From assembly GCA_000182565.2 (NCBI GenBank), contig KQ257463.1: 64,000 nucleotides of DNA; one strand, 5' to 3'. Within the stretch, counting starts at the first letter, position 1; every line of letters begins with the position of its first letter. This document shows, one piece after another, positions 13,320 to 26,500 of the stretch. This DNA comes from Spizellomyces punctatus DAOM BR117. Taxonomy: Eukaryota. The notes under the pieces were generated by a model. It worked only from the letters and a program-made list of their open reading frames with translations. It ran no database searches and was not told the DNA's origin. Both the position numbers and the translations under genes were made by a program.

Positions 13320-14988
13320 ATGAACTTTTCTAACTCCGCCAACAGCGAGGACGAGTCTAGTGGCGGGTCCCAGCATGACGTGCCGGTTACGACAGCTTCC
13401 CTAGCAGCAAGTACCGTGTTCGGTCGAGCGGATGAGAATAGGAAAAAGGTAATGAACACAGGATGGATTATGTTTAGACATATGGCTAATTTCCATTCAC
13501 ATTTCATAGGCTGGTCCATGTTGTGACCTTGATCGAGCCATTCATGCACTCTCACCAACTGCATTTTTGCCACCGTTCTCCGTTGAAATGTCACGATTAC
13601 CAAAGCCCGTAATAACGATAGTCGAGGTATCTTGTACGAGTTAGTCAAATCGGTAACAGGGATGCAACGATGTTGTTGCTAAATTCTGTTGTGTGAAGGC
13701 GCAAAAGAGCAATGACATGTCTGGCGGACCGTATATCGCGTATATAATTCACACCGATATCCCCGATCAATCGGTGCACTATGAATGCAAGCACCGCTAT
13801 TCAGAATTTGAAGCGTTTCGAAAGCTTTTAGTAAAACTGCACCCAACTGCTGTTGTTCCTCCCATTCCCGAAAAACACTCGGTCGCAGACTATGCCGTCA
13901 AACCTGGGAAGGCCAAAGAAGATCCACATATAATCGAAAAGCGCAAAAAAATGCTTCAATCGTTCTTAAATCGAATCGCGGCACATCCAGTTTTGCGCGA
14001 GGAACATGTTTTCCATAGGTTCCTAGAAGGTGGAGCAACCTGGGCGGATATTTTGTCAAGTTCCGGGCTCGGTTATTATTTGAAGAAAAGAGATACGGCA
14101 GTCAGCGTGAGCGAAAAGGGGTCTCTCAAGCGTCCAGGTGAGTGGATTGCAACTAATACCGACGTCGTTCAGATCTCCAATGTATTAATCTACCTTATAA
14201 TGTTAACAGATTCCCATTTCCAGGCCGCAGAGGATTATACAGCAAAATTCGCCTCCCAAATTGTACAAACTCGTAAAGTGCATAAGTCAATGCTTAAGCA
14301 CTCGTCCGATATGGCCGCTACCTACGCGGAACTTGGTGCAGCATACAATGGGTGGTCATTATCGGAAAGCAGTTTAGCCCATGCTATCGAGCAGGTCGGC
14401 CAGGCTGTTGACTCCACGGTTAGTGCTACTTCGCAGTTGGTGGCGGCTTTGGAAACAGGATTTGCGGTGCCACTCCAGGAGTACACCCAGTTCTCAAAAG
14501 CCGTCGAGAAGCTGTTGAAATGGCGACATAAGAAGCATGTGGAGTATGAAACTCTATCGGATTCGCTGATTTCCAAGCAGAGCTCATTGCAGAAGTTGGA
14601 AGCGTCCGAGTCTGAAGCGCAAAGGCTGTCAGCTGTTTTAAATGCTGAGGGAGTATCTGGGCACACCCGGCAGCTGAGCACGGGAGGAGGCATCATGGCA
14701 ACTCTAAACTCTCTCATCGATAACGATCCTGCTATGACACGTCGTAACAATATCTCAAGGACGAAAGATCGCATCTCTACGATAGAGGAGCAGAGAGAAG
14801 TATGTAGGGCCGAATTGCAGGTTGCTAATGAAGAAATACAAAAGGATCTGGATAGGTTCCAGATGGATAAGGTGAAAGATTTGAGAAATATGTTACTGAG
14901 CTATGCTTTAGCCCAAAGAGATTTCCACCGAAAGGCCACCAAGGCTTGGGAAGAAGCCAAGGCAGAGGTGGAAAAGATCAAACCGTAG
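13320..14988 (+). CDS. SNX41: PX-BAR sorting nexin, Snx41/Atg20 family
   Basis: PX domain ITIVE|AQK...YIAYII...HRYSEFEAFRKLLVKLHPTAVVPPIPEKHSVADYA..P.KAKED..IIEKRKKML..FLNR, followed by a BAR region (YAELGAAYNGWSLSE, LIDNDP..TRR, DLDRFQ..KVKDL). The start codon is less certain. Confidence 0.85.
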
Positions 14989-15128
14989 AATACTGGGTTG
15001 ATGCAGAAATGTAGTGATTGTTGGTGGGAACCCGCCCTGCGATTTGTATCGTTTCAAAAATGAGCAGCGCCTTGTCTTGCGCTCTTTTTGCACTAAACTC
15101 GATAGTAGTTATCTGAATGTGCGAACTC

Positions 15129-16275
15129 TTAGTAATAAATTCTATTTCGGAGTGCACCGTGGTCGACGACAACCAAAGTCACGAGTCTAGAGGAATTAGG
15201 GAAAAATGGAAATATTGAATCGGACGCAATAATGCGCTACTTGGCGAAAGCTGCGACATACCCTGCAACATGAGAAGCGAATGTGTGCAACTCGTCGACG
15301 AGCGTCGGCACACCCTCCGCGCTGGTGAGTGGAGAGGTGACCTCGACAATCCACGAGTCATCGTTACCATCTACCGGAACACTACTGGTGACTTTATGTC
15401 GCGTATCAAGCTGGACGATCGTAAGTGACCATCGCTTTCAACGTGAAGTTCTTGCGGATTGCTCCACCTACGTGGTATATTCGAAAAATGGCGATTCTAA
15501 GGTTTCGGTAGGTGAAATTGTAACCCTTCCGGACGAATTCAAAATTAAACCTGCACGCCAAAGTCAATTACTACCCCGCAGTAGCGCGGCTGAACGAAAG
15601 CACACCAACTTGTAGCCTAGCATTTCCATGTATCTGAATGCATCACCCTTCACTTCTGACTCATACACAACTCGTTGAGTAGCACGTCGTCTATTGCCAG
15701 GTTTGGGAAGTTCCGGTGTGCCGAAAAAGCATATCTTCCTACGATGAACAGAAAAACAACAATGAGCACAAGACTGAAGGACAGGGGTTTTGATGTAACC
15801 GCCCCGTACCAATTCCGATTATGTAGTTTTGTGAAATTGCCATCGTCATCCAACACATTCGCACGTAACCGCAGCACAGTGTCATCGTTGCGCGCCGGTC
15901 CAAAAGGCGTCTCCACTGTAAGAGGGCAGTTTCGCGCTCCCATCACCAACACGGCAAATATATTGTGTAGGCCGCTCACGTACCTTCTGGAATGAATGAA
16001 ATCTCGTGTTCCCATAAGTTTTGGCTCTCGTCAAAGTCAATTGCTCCGCACAGCCCAACCAGGCGCTCAAAGAGCTTTGGAAGGACAGAATGTGGGAGAT
16101 GGGCGTGTAGAGAACATTGGACGTTTTTTCCTGCAGAACTGTCCGAGTTGGGCGCAAGTGGTTGGTGCAGAGGGTGACTCGTAGATCCTGAGCGTGAAGC
16201 ACTCTGAGCGGTTACAAGAGCTTGTATCTGCTGATGGAGAGTTGGCATCCACGACCCATGCCGTATTGAGAGCAT
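15129..16275 (-). CDS. MED18: Mediator subunit 18 (Srb5)
   Basis: QCSLHA...LFERLVGLCG...WEHEISFIP...VLRLR...FGTPE...ATQRVVYESEV.GDAFRYMEMLGYK|FNFEFVRKGYNF...WIVEV...VDHGALRNRIYY*. The start could be 16275 or 16248. Confidence 0.85.
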
Positions 16276-16360
16276 TGTCTGCCCTCTGATGCTATGCTCC
16301 AATTTGGGTTGATCCAAGTATCAGAGTCGGTAGCAGAGTCGAAGTAATCGTTGATGGGGT

Positions 16361-16384
16361 AAGCCGATGAGTCATCATCGGCTT
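16361..16384. promoter_or_regulatory. Perfect 10-bp inverted repeat overlapping an AP-1/Gcn4 palindrome ATGAGTCAT
   Basis: AAGCCGATGA-gtca-TCATCGGCTT read directly, with ATGAGTCAT at 16367-16375. Confidence 0.45.
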
Positions 16385-16597
16385 GCACCTGCTGTTGACG
16401 ATCCCTGGCCTGGCCATCAGGAGCACCGGGTGAACCAGCGACGGGGTCATGCTCTACCTCTGTATGGCGTTAACCGTTCCAATACCTTCTACATTCCATT
16501 GTCGCAAGCATCCAAATTTTCTTTTCGATAGGCTGTGATAAACTCTAGTTGCGTGAGCGCGACAGTGTGTTGTGACGTAATTGGCTCCTCCTACTGA

Positions 16598-19387
16598 ATG
16601 CAAAGGTTCGAGATGGAATCTCTTTTGCAAACCATATTGCAGAAAGCTGCCATTGATACGAATCCGGAGACTCTGGCGGCTGCCCTGCGTCTCGCCGAGG
16701 AAATTCGTGCTGCTCGGGACGCCGAAATACGAGCTCTGGAGCTGCGATTGCAGAATAATGAGGCACAATCGCAGGCGCTAGCTTTGGACGTCAGATCAAA
16801 AGAGTTGGACTTGGAGTTGTCGCGAACCCGCAACTCTTCAGGGGTGTCGACGGTGCCAGGTGATAATCAAAGCGCTGGACTCGATAAATCCCTTCGCCAA
16901 CCTCGCGCACATGAGTGGAATTTCAATTCGCCGAGCAGACTAAACCGCGAGGATGAGAAATACCCTGATGTCATAAGTACTACAGGAATCTCGTACTCTG
17001 CCGTTTGCTCACAACCGTTTCTTGAGCCTGCGACGCCCCCTACGAGCCAGACATCATCTGATATATGGTCAGCTACATCCCGGGCTACCTTCTCTGCTCC
17101 GTCAAACAACGCCACGAACTTGATGACTGCAGTCACACAGAGTGCCACCGGAGAAGTGCCAGTTCAAGGGCATTTCCACATTAACTCTCCTGTGACTGTC
17201 GGCAACAGTGACGCTTTGTCTGGCGTTTCTACGAAGGCGATCAGTTTGGTTTCTCCGGTGGAAGGTCAGATTTCTTTACTATTCGGACTCATAGTGCAGG
17301 AGATATAACCAGAATCCACATTAGGAGCCGGTCAGCCCACTGTGATGGATCCTACCACATCCTATGGACTCGCGGCTCCGTACAATTACGGAAATCAGAC
17401 ATTTTCGGCTGCAGATCCTTATTCAAACACTTATACAGCGCGTTATAACCGGAATCACTGGAATGATAGCCTTCATGCGCTGTTTACATTTGGTCTAGAA
17501 GACTTCGGACATACTGCCATGCCACGCACAAATGAATATTACCTAGCAATGGAGAATTTACCAACAAGAACAGCAGTAACGGCCGATCCCGCGCTGCGCG
17601 CTTCTCCTCTAGCGGGAACAACACTACCCGTGTCATACCAGTTAGCACGCGAAAGGGATTCTCCCGCTCGGGACCGAGCATCACTTGAACAGTATCGCCC
17701 CCCTGACACATCGGAATCTCCTGAGCTTCCGCCCAAGTTGGTACACCCATCGCCCCCAACATCGCAATCGTCACGCATCCACTCTGCCTCGTCCACCAAT
17801 CAACGGAAAAAGAAGCAGATAGTTGAGGAAGAGGCTCGATGTCGTCGTTGTGGAAAACTAGTGGCAATTTATCTGCTACATGGTAATGATGTGTCCCTAA
17901 ATACCACATATCGAATTGACGTTCTGTGTTGCGACTGTGGAGGATGTGATAATGGCACAGGCCAAAGATCCAGTTCAGCTCACACATCCGCACTTGTTCC
18001 TGGTTCACGCAAGCGAACGAGTGCCTCCAAAGAGGACGAAAGGGCGGCGTGTGAGGTGTGTAAGCGCCAGGTGGCGATAGGTGGTGTGAGGCTGGTAGGT
18101 AAGGAGCATGAAAAGGACCCAAACAGCGATCCGGACTTCGGAGTTGAAATCATTTGCAGGTACGATGTATTCTGGCATTGGCGGTGTCCGGTCGGTTGAT
18201 CGTTCCCGTATCTTATATTGTTCCATACTGAATATAGTAACTGCCGAAACAAGTATGCTCTTTGTACCGAGTGTGGAGGAGGCGGTAAGGATAATGCGTC
18301 GTGTATTGATATTAGTGCCAGAAATTTCTCATAAGGTGGCACTGTGTCAGGCAAATATCGAACTGGAAAATGGAGACCGCTAGGCCTTTTCCAGCCAGGG
18401 CGGAGGACGTGCAGGCTACCTCATGTTCGCATAGGATCAACACCAATCCATTTTCAAGAGTGGCTCGTACCGTCGTCATTATCAGCAAATCCGGAAGACA
18501 GAAGTCTTGTGTTAAGGGACATTGACAAGTGTGTTCCTTGCATGTATTTCCATCGACTGGCGATACCCGAGGTGATGGAACTTGATCCTCCTAACGAGTT
18601 GGGAACTTTCGAGCAGCTACAATATCGCGTAGCCTTAAGATGCCAAAGCCTACGGGACTTTGTTTTGGGTCCTGATATGGAACAGTCTCATGGGCTGCGA
18701 AGGTACTTCGGAGCGGCATGGATAAAGCGGGTGTCACGACATTTGAGAAAAGAGCGGGGCACCAAAGGAGCAACTTCAAGACGTCAAGAACCCAGTGAGG
18801 GCGATTTCGCTGGTAGCGCAAGCGGGAGGACAGCTGGTAGGGCGCCTGATAGGGAAGAAAATGGGCACCCAACGAAGATGGTAGCAATGCTGATTATGTG
18901 GTGGGACATGAAGGCAGGATGTTTGCGACTCGCTGCACTTCAAGCTTTGAACACCGAATTTACAACAGGCGGCATCATTTTTCGAATGTGCCGCCGTGTC
19001 ATGGAGCGTTGCGTTGCGGATCGGGAAGCTATGGCAACGGCAAATCCTTCTAAGGCACCACCACCCATCAGTATCCTTGGCTTACCTGTGTTCGAAGAGT
19101 TTGCTCGATTGCAAGCAGTTCAACATACGCTGGAACGGCTGGGATTTCTCCCGTTGCAAGAATTCGAGCGGCAGCATCCAGAGATAAATCCAGAGGTAAT
19201 TGAGCGCTCATTACTTGACAGGAACGGCCTATTTGGTGGGCCACCACAATATCCACGAGCATTCTTCGTCGGCAACGTTAAACACCTGCTGGCAGGTCCG
19301 TGGGGGAAGGAGAGTAAGTCTGGCAGAGGAAAGAAAATTGAGGACGAATCTGTTGAGCAGTTAGTACAAGCGTTATCGCCATCATAG
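16598..19387 (+). CDS. Uncharacterised protein: N-terminal coiled coil, S/P/T-rich region, three putative zinc sites, C-terminal GNAT-like domain
   Basis: Four exons join in frame (introns at about 17264-17325, 18160-18237 and 18285-18350). Cys pairs CRRC/CCDC, CEVC/CSNC and CTEC/CRLPH. The C-terminal part ends in TLERLGF. Confidence 0.8.
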
Positions 19388-19560
19388 ACGCACCAAGCAT
19401 AGATTAGTGATGGCTGTTTCTGTGGTACTTTTTGTTTCTGTGCATATCGCACGAATAAGCTTCGATCTTAGAAATCCTAGTTACCGTTCATAGCAACCGG
19501 TAGCATCATCTAAGTGCTGGTGATGTGCCTGTGGACCCAGCTGTGCTTCGATCCTCCAAC

Positions 19561-20467
<907 letters not shown>

Positions 20468-20581
20468 TGAGAAAGGTCCTCTGACGGGAGCGTAGTGTAT
20501 ATAGGATTTTAAATTATTAATGACGAGTAAATACAACCAAGAAGCACGGTCTATTTCCTTCCGCTCTGAGGCACCCGCAAC

Positions 20582-23500
20582 TTATCCTGCGTAATGGAAT
20601 GGGCGAGACTTCTCTCCACCAGCAAGGTGCAGGTGAGAGCCGCGGGGCTTGTCTCCACCTGCGGCTCGTCGCTGCGGTCCTAAAGCTATGTCCATGTACT
20701 CTCGGATAAGGGCAGCGAGTTCCGTTGCTTGAGGGGTCGTAAACACGTACTTGGAGCCTGACCGGCGTGTTAGCAAGAGCCATATAAAAGTATTGATCAG
20801 TAATTTCAAGTACCTGCAGACTGACTTCCTGTTATAAGTAGCAGGCTGTTTAATGATGGGCTGAAGCTCACTACATCGTTGTACGGGTGCGTGATCAGTG
20901 GTGTCTACCAATTAAGTCAACGTCAAGTCAGCGAGCAGAGCGGACGCGAACTTCCACCAACTTTATGTTCGTACCTTTGCAAACCGAGCAAAGATATGGA
21001 GGGCTGTTGGACTAACAGCCAGCCAACATGAGCTTGGGATATCCTTGCTATAATTTTGCTGTCAAAGGCACCCAGTTTGATCAGCCAGGTGTGTGCTTGG
21101 AAGATATTTTGTTGATGATGCTAGCTGCACTTACCCCAACTTCGAAGATAGTGCATCCATAATACGGCCAAGAACGGATAAATTGTGAAATTTCTGTGTT
21201 TGCCTGTAGAGCACTCGTTCCCAGAAACTCCATATGCTTTTCTTCCACCTTTTTTTCTACGCCAACTTGGCGGTAGCGCTGTGGGATATAGCTGGAACAC
21301 AAATTTTGGTAGTTAACAGGTGCGTCGTAATTGACATCGCCGTAGTGAGCTTGCGCATGCAGAGCGGCAAGGAAGATCCCTTCATCCTCCGTCACGGGGA
21401 ATACACCGCGAGCGACGTCTGCCAATGCTTGTGCCCGGACCAGCTTTTCTTCCGCATCGGTCTTGCAGGGTTGCAAAGGATCCAAGAATATTCTCTTCTT
21501 AAAAACAAAGCGCACATGCTCTGTGCTATTTTCTGCCTTTGCGATCTTTTCCCATCTGTAAAGAGAATCTGCGATCCTCTCCTCCCGATTCAGCGCGCGT
21601 TCGATGCCTCCAAAATGTTCATAGATCGCAAATCCATGGAGCGTTTGCAGTTTCACCCTCTCAAGGAGGGCGCTATACACCATTTCGCATGTGTCCGGAG
21701 GCTCAATTGGAATTGCACGCGATTGACCATCCATAAGATGAAACCGGATCCGCATTGGAGTTAACTTCGCCGCTTGAAGGGCTTCATCCCTCGATGGCGG
21801 GCACTTGCGTGGTCCTGCACCAATGGTCTTGTGCAATGTCCGGAGACAGTGTCGTGCATGTTGGGCTTCTTCCGTACGAGGCTTCTTTGCTTTCATATCA
21901 ACAACGCTGCAGCGCCGTAGATGTGCCTTCGCGTATTCCAATATCCATCCGCTTGGTGCAAGAACACCCGTGACGATGGACATGAGCTTCCACATATTGA
22001 TGGCCTGCATGCTGTCAGCCTCAGGATGGTTCGTGGTATATTTGATGAGCTGAAGGTAGAGTTCATTTGCCAGGTATGGTAACTCTAAGCACTTTTCTAT
22101 AATTTCTTGAAGTGCCGGGATATTGCCAGTTGCGACATCCGGCACTAATCCACCAACAGTGCCGATGAAGCTGTGAAGCGCTGAATGGCGAAATTGTCCA
22201 CTGAATGAGAACACAACAAGCAAAGGATGAAAAGATAATGCGTAGTCCCATCAACATACTGTTGGATGCTTCCGCGGCCCACACCTCCACCTCTGGGTCT
22301 GACAATGAGATCAGCGATGTCACCAATGGTTTCTATGGAGTGTTATAGCTTGAGACTGCTTTGCGTGCACCCAGAACTTCAGACGAGATACAATACCATT
22401 GAGAAGCTCCAATCGGCAGTTGTGTAGTCTTCAATGTTGCCCTGGTTTACTCCAGTGTCCTCCACTGCTGGTGTCTGGGCGAACGAAGGTGATCTGACAA
22501 TAGATTCATCAGAAGCCGGTCCTTCATCCGATGCTGTCCTCTCTTGATCATCTGTTGCCTTCCGGCTACCAGTGCTTAATTTGCGCTGCAGGGTAGTATT
22601 TGCGTCCAACCCACTTGAAGCGGTCGCTGGTTTGTTACGCGAGCTGGTAGTAACCAGTCTGCGGAGTGGCGACCATTTACCCCGCTTGCTAGGACCACCA
22701 TCTGGTCCCGGTCTTCGCATGATGCCATGCTCTAGTAAGGCAATCCTGTATTTTTCCACATCGCGGAGTAACGAAGCTATATCCATATCCTGCACATATG
22801 ACTCTTTCACCTTTTTCATGTACTCAGTAGTTGGGCAGTATTCACGGATTAGGCCGACTATCTCATCGGCCTGATCAGTAAAGAATTGATACACTTCAGT
22901 GGACTCAAACTCGGCGTCGTCGCTCGCAGGCACGGCCATAATGGTGACCAGCCCATTCTCATGCTCGTAACTTTTGACGTCTTTGTATGCGAAACTAAGA
23001 ATCGTTTCATTGGTGCGTGGATGAACAAAATCAATGCCCTCATTGAACACGGCGAGCAGAATACTTTCACTGTAGGGCCAGAAGCCCTTATGCTGTTGAT
23101 AAACAAAGCGTGACGTGCATTAGACGAAGAGTAATTCGCATTAAGGCCAAATGGAAGACACACCTTGACAGGGAAGAGGGCGGCACCGTAGTGTTTGAAT
23201 TCTTTCACAGATTCCAAATACAGCACCTTTGCTTGCTCTGCTGTTGTGCCGCGTAGCTTTTGATATTGCTTCACTATTCCTTGAACCCATGCTTCGCGAG
23301 GCTGATTAGGCACAAGCCGGGGTGCAACCCACGCATTGAGTTCTTTAACGCTAGAAAGGTATTTGCACTGAGTACGACTATAAACACACTACCAAGGTTG
23401 CTTCTGGGGAGTAAGGCACTTACAATCTCGCTTCAGCAGATGCCGCATCGCAGTCGCCAAGGAGGACCTGAGCTCTCAATGCTGCCATTTGCATTGCAAC

Positions 23501-26500
23501 GCGCTCTGTAATGGGATACAGATCTCTTGCCACACCATCGACAGCTTGTGCATATAAAAGTGCGTATTCTACAGGATCTGTTACCTCCTCATGAATGTTC
23601 CGGAAAACACGTTTTTTCAATACAAGACTCGCATCGATGTTAATTGCTACGTAAATGGGAAGAGATAAGAATAAAAGATTTGGATTCCGAAGGTCTTTTT
23701 GGTACCTGGTGACATTGACGTTTCTCCTTTCTTTCTGCGAATTGTACCCCCTGCATCCTTCTTCTTAGGGTCCTTGTCTTTATCCCAGGCCGCAATGAAA
23801 TCCGCAATGTAATCGGTTGCTTTGACCGCCCTATCGCTTCGCAAAGTAACCTCGAACAGGGACCAGCCAGTCGAATCCCTCAGCTCAATTTTGCGTGCAA
23901 TGTCCTTCACGATATCCCCGGCCGTTGTCGTCAATCCCACTGCAATATCCAATTCTCTACCATCCAGCAGACTAAATCGACACGGTAACACTCCCCCTGA
24001 CTTTAGTGTGATAATTTCCAATGTTGAAGGAGGGTTCTTGCGAGCACCGTTCAACATCACGCGTTTAACGGCCTCTTCGGCAGCGATGGCCAACTTTCGC
24101 ACTACATGTTTCTCCTGAGTAACGTAGTGATCAATTGTTCTATGAACAAATCCCAAGAGGAATTTGGCAAAGATCTTTGACGGCGGAAAAGAGGCAGCGG
24201 CCAGTGTGAGAACCTGCCATCCGTTGACCATCATTTGTTCCCAGGATTTTGGTAGAGTTTCTTTTGGTGGGGTTACTTGTTTGATCATCTGAACAAATAG
24301 CTCGTCGCGGATCTCTGGGTTATGGATACCATTGCCGATATAAGCTTGGATAAGTTCTTCGGCTTTCTTTGCCCCTGGCTCGGTGGCCTTCATGAGGACT
24401 AGAGAGAACAAAGGTAAGCTTTCTTCAATATGCCATGTCACACTTGGAAGCAGTATCATACGCTTAAAGCTGTCGACAGCAAGGTGATCCAAAGCCTCTG
24501 TCTTGTTTGGTATCTTCGTCATACTCATCGGTATAGGGTTCTGTTGATAGCGGGTTTACATCAGGTGCACATCATGGAAACAAGGCTACCATTATAACCT
24601 TTGTGAAAGAAAGCATCTCCTGCATATCCACCGTCTGGCGCTTTTTGGTAATTGTGGCAAATGCATTTGCTTTAAGGTGTTGCTATGCGGGGGGGGGGGG
24701 GTGTCAACCATTGACTTTCTGCCACAATGCATAGTTCATCATAGTCTTACTTCAAGGTGCTTTTGCGCGTAAACCTCCATTGAGAACTCTCGGGAGTTGT
24801 AATCTATCTTCTCAACCAAACTTTCTTGAGATGCCTAGAGCAATAAATAAATAATAAGCTATCTCCTCCGCAGCACATTGCAACCATTATTGTTTTTCTT
24901 GCCTCTCTCTCCTTCATGATCGGATTATGCTTCATCACCTTTCCTGTCCCCGTCGCAAGATCATCTCTGGAAGCATTAAGGCTCGCCACGCTCTGTCTAG
25001 GCGTGGCTTTTTGTTCCACAGGTTGAGGCCTTACGCCTACAGATTGTCTTCCAGCTACCGATTGTCTTCCAGCCGGAGCGGCAAGATTCGTCACACTCCT
25101 GTTGACGGCTCGGTGGGGAACGATAGATGGGGGAGGTTCGTCAAATAGAGAGTCAATGTCTGCCGTGAGGGCGGCAGCCATTTCGGCCAGTACATCGGCC
25201 CCCTTTATTAGGGCTGTGCGCTTCGTTGGGTCAAAGTCGCCCAGGAAAGCGAAAAGGTTATCAATATCTCCGCCTTCTTTTTTGGCGGCAGCTGGTGTGA
25301 CCGACATCGCAAGGTCGGTCGGCAGTGCCGAAGGGGTCGTTTCCTAGTTGCTTCCGTGAGACCAACAATTCTGACATTTGATGAAATCATGGGTAAAACA
25401 AGGACATTACCTTCTTTTTATTGACCACTTTTGCGAAGCCAATAAGCTATATAACACCTACAGTGTCAAATGGTGCAGCTAACAACGCGGAATACAAACT
25501 ACTTTACCTTTTCACCGTCTTCCCTAGATGCTGGAAGTGACGCTGGTGCTTCACCAACGCTAGCTCGCCGCTGTCCAATATCGCTTAGCTTGGTTGCTTC
25601 TGGAACTTCCAATTCTATTTCGGCGGCTCGCTTCTCCGCCATCCTCTTTTCGGCAACCTTCTTTTCGGCTGCCCTCTTCTCCGCAAGCATCTGTCGGTAA
25701 TAATCTCGTGCAAACCACCCTCGGGCTACAGCCTGTATTTTGAGAATGGCACGACTGGTCCTCTTGTACCGCCTCTTACAGATAAAGCCTTTGATGTAGG
25801 TTTGCAGAACCCTAGCGGCCTTGAGCATTCTGAGATACCGCTGCCGGTACATGTATCCCAGCATGCATTTTTGGAGTAGAACAACCTTTGCTCTCAAAAC
25901 CTGTGCCGCACGGTCTTGAATGGCGGCAAGGGTCTCTTGCTTCAAGAAGAGTTTGGTCTTGCCGGCCTGCCACGCACCATCACCAAGATTTGCTTCAGCG
26001 GCTATCCCAATAGATATCTTTTTCACGTCCTCCTTTTTGTAGACCATTCCAGCCGGTATGAGACACTTGAATTCTCGCACGAATCCGTCATATGGGAGCC
26101 TCATGGGATATCCAGCTTTTCGGATGCGGATGGTGTCAAGCATACCAGAGTACCTCAACTGGGCCAAGACCATATCATCATCAAAATGGAAGGCTTCCTT
26201 CTCTTGATTGGGCTTGATGCAACGAACATAATGTGGTGTTGTGGCAGCAAGCGTTGTAACAAGTGAAACGAGTTGATTCCGAAATTGGGTGCCAGCTGTT
26301 GGTTTACCGCCCCGTGGGCCTTTGCCGGAATCGTCCTTTTCCTCCTTGGGGAACACCTTTGCAATATATGGTACCTAGGGAGATTTCTGATTAATGCGTG
26401 AGCACATGGTGCGCAGACAAGCATCTCTATTACCGAAGACCCTCGGACCAGTTCATACAACTCCTCTTGAATTGCATCTTTGTTCTTGTCCAAGAAAGAA

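Noticed and set aside
24688-24701. G-run in a myosin intron as a G-quadruplex element
   Set aside because: On the transcribed strand it is a C-run directly before the 3' splice site, so it is a polypyrimidine tract.
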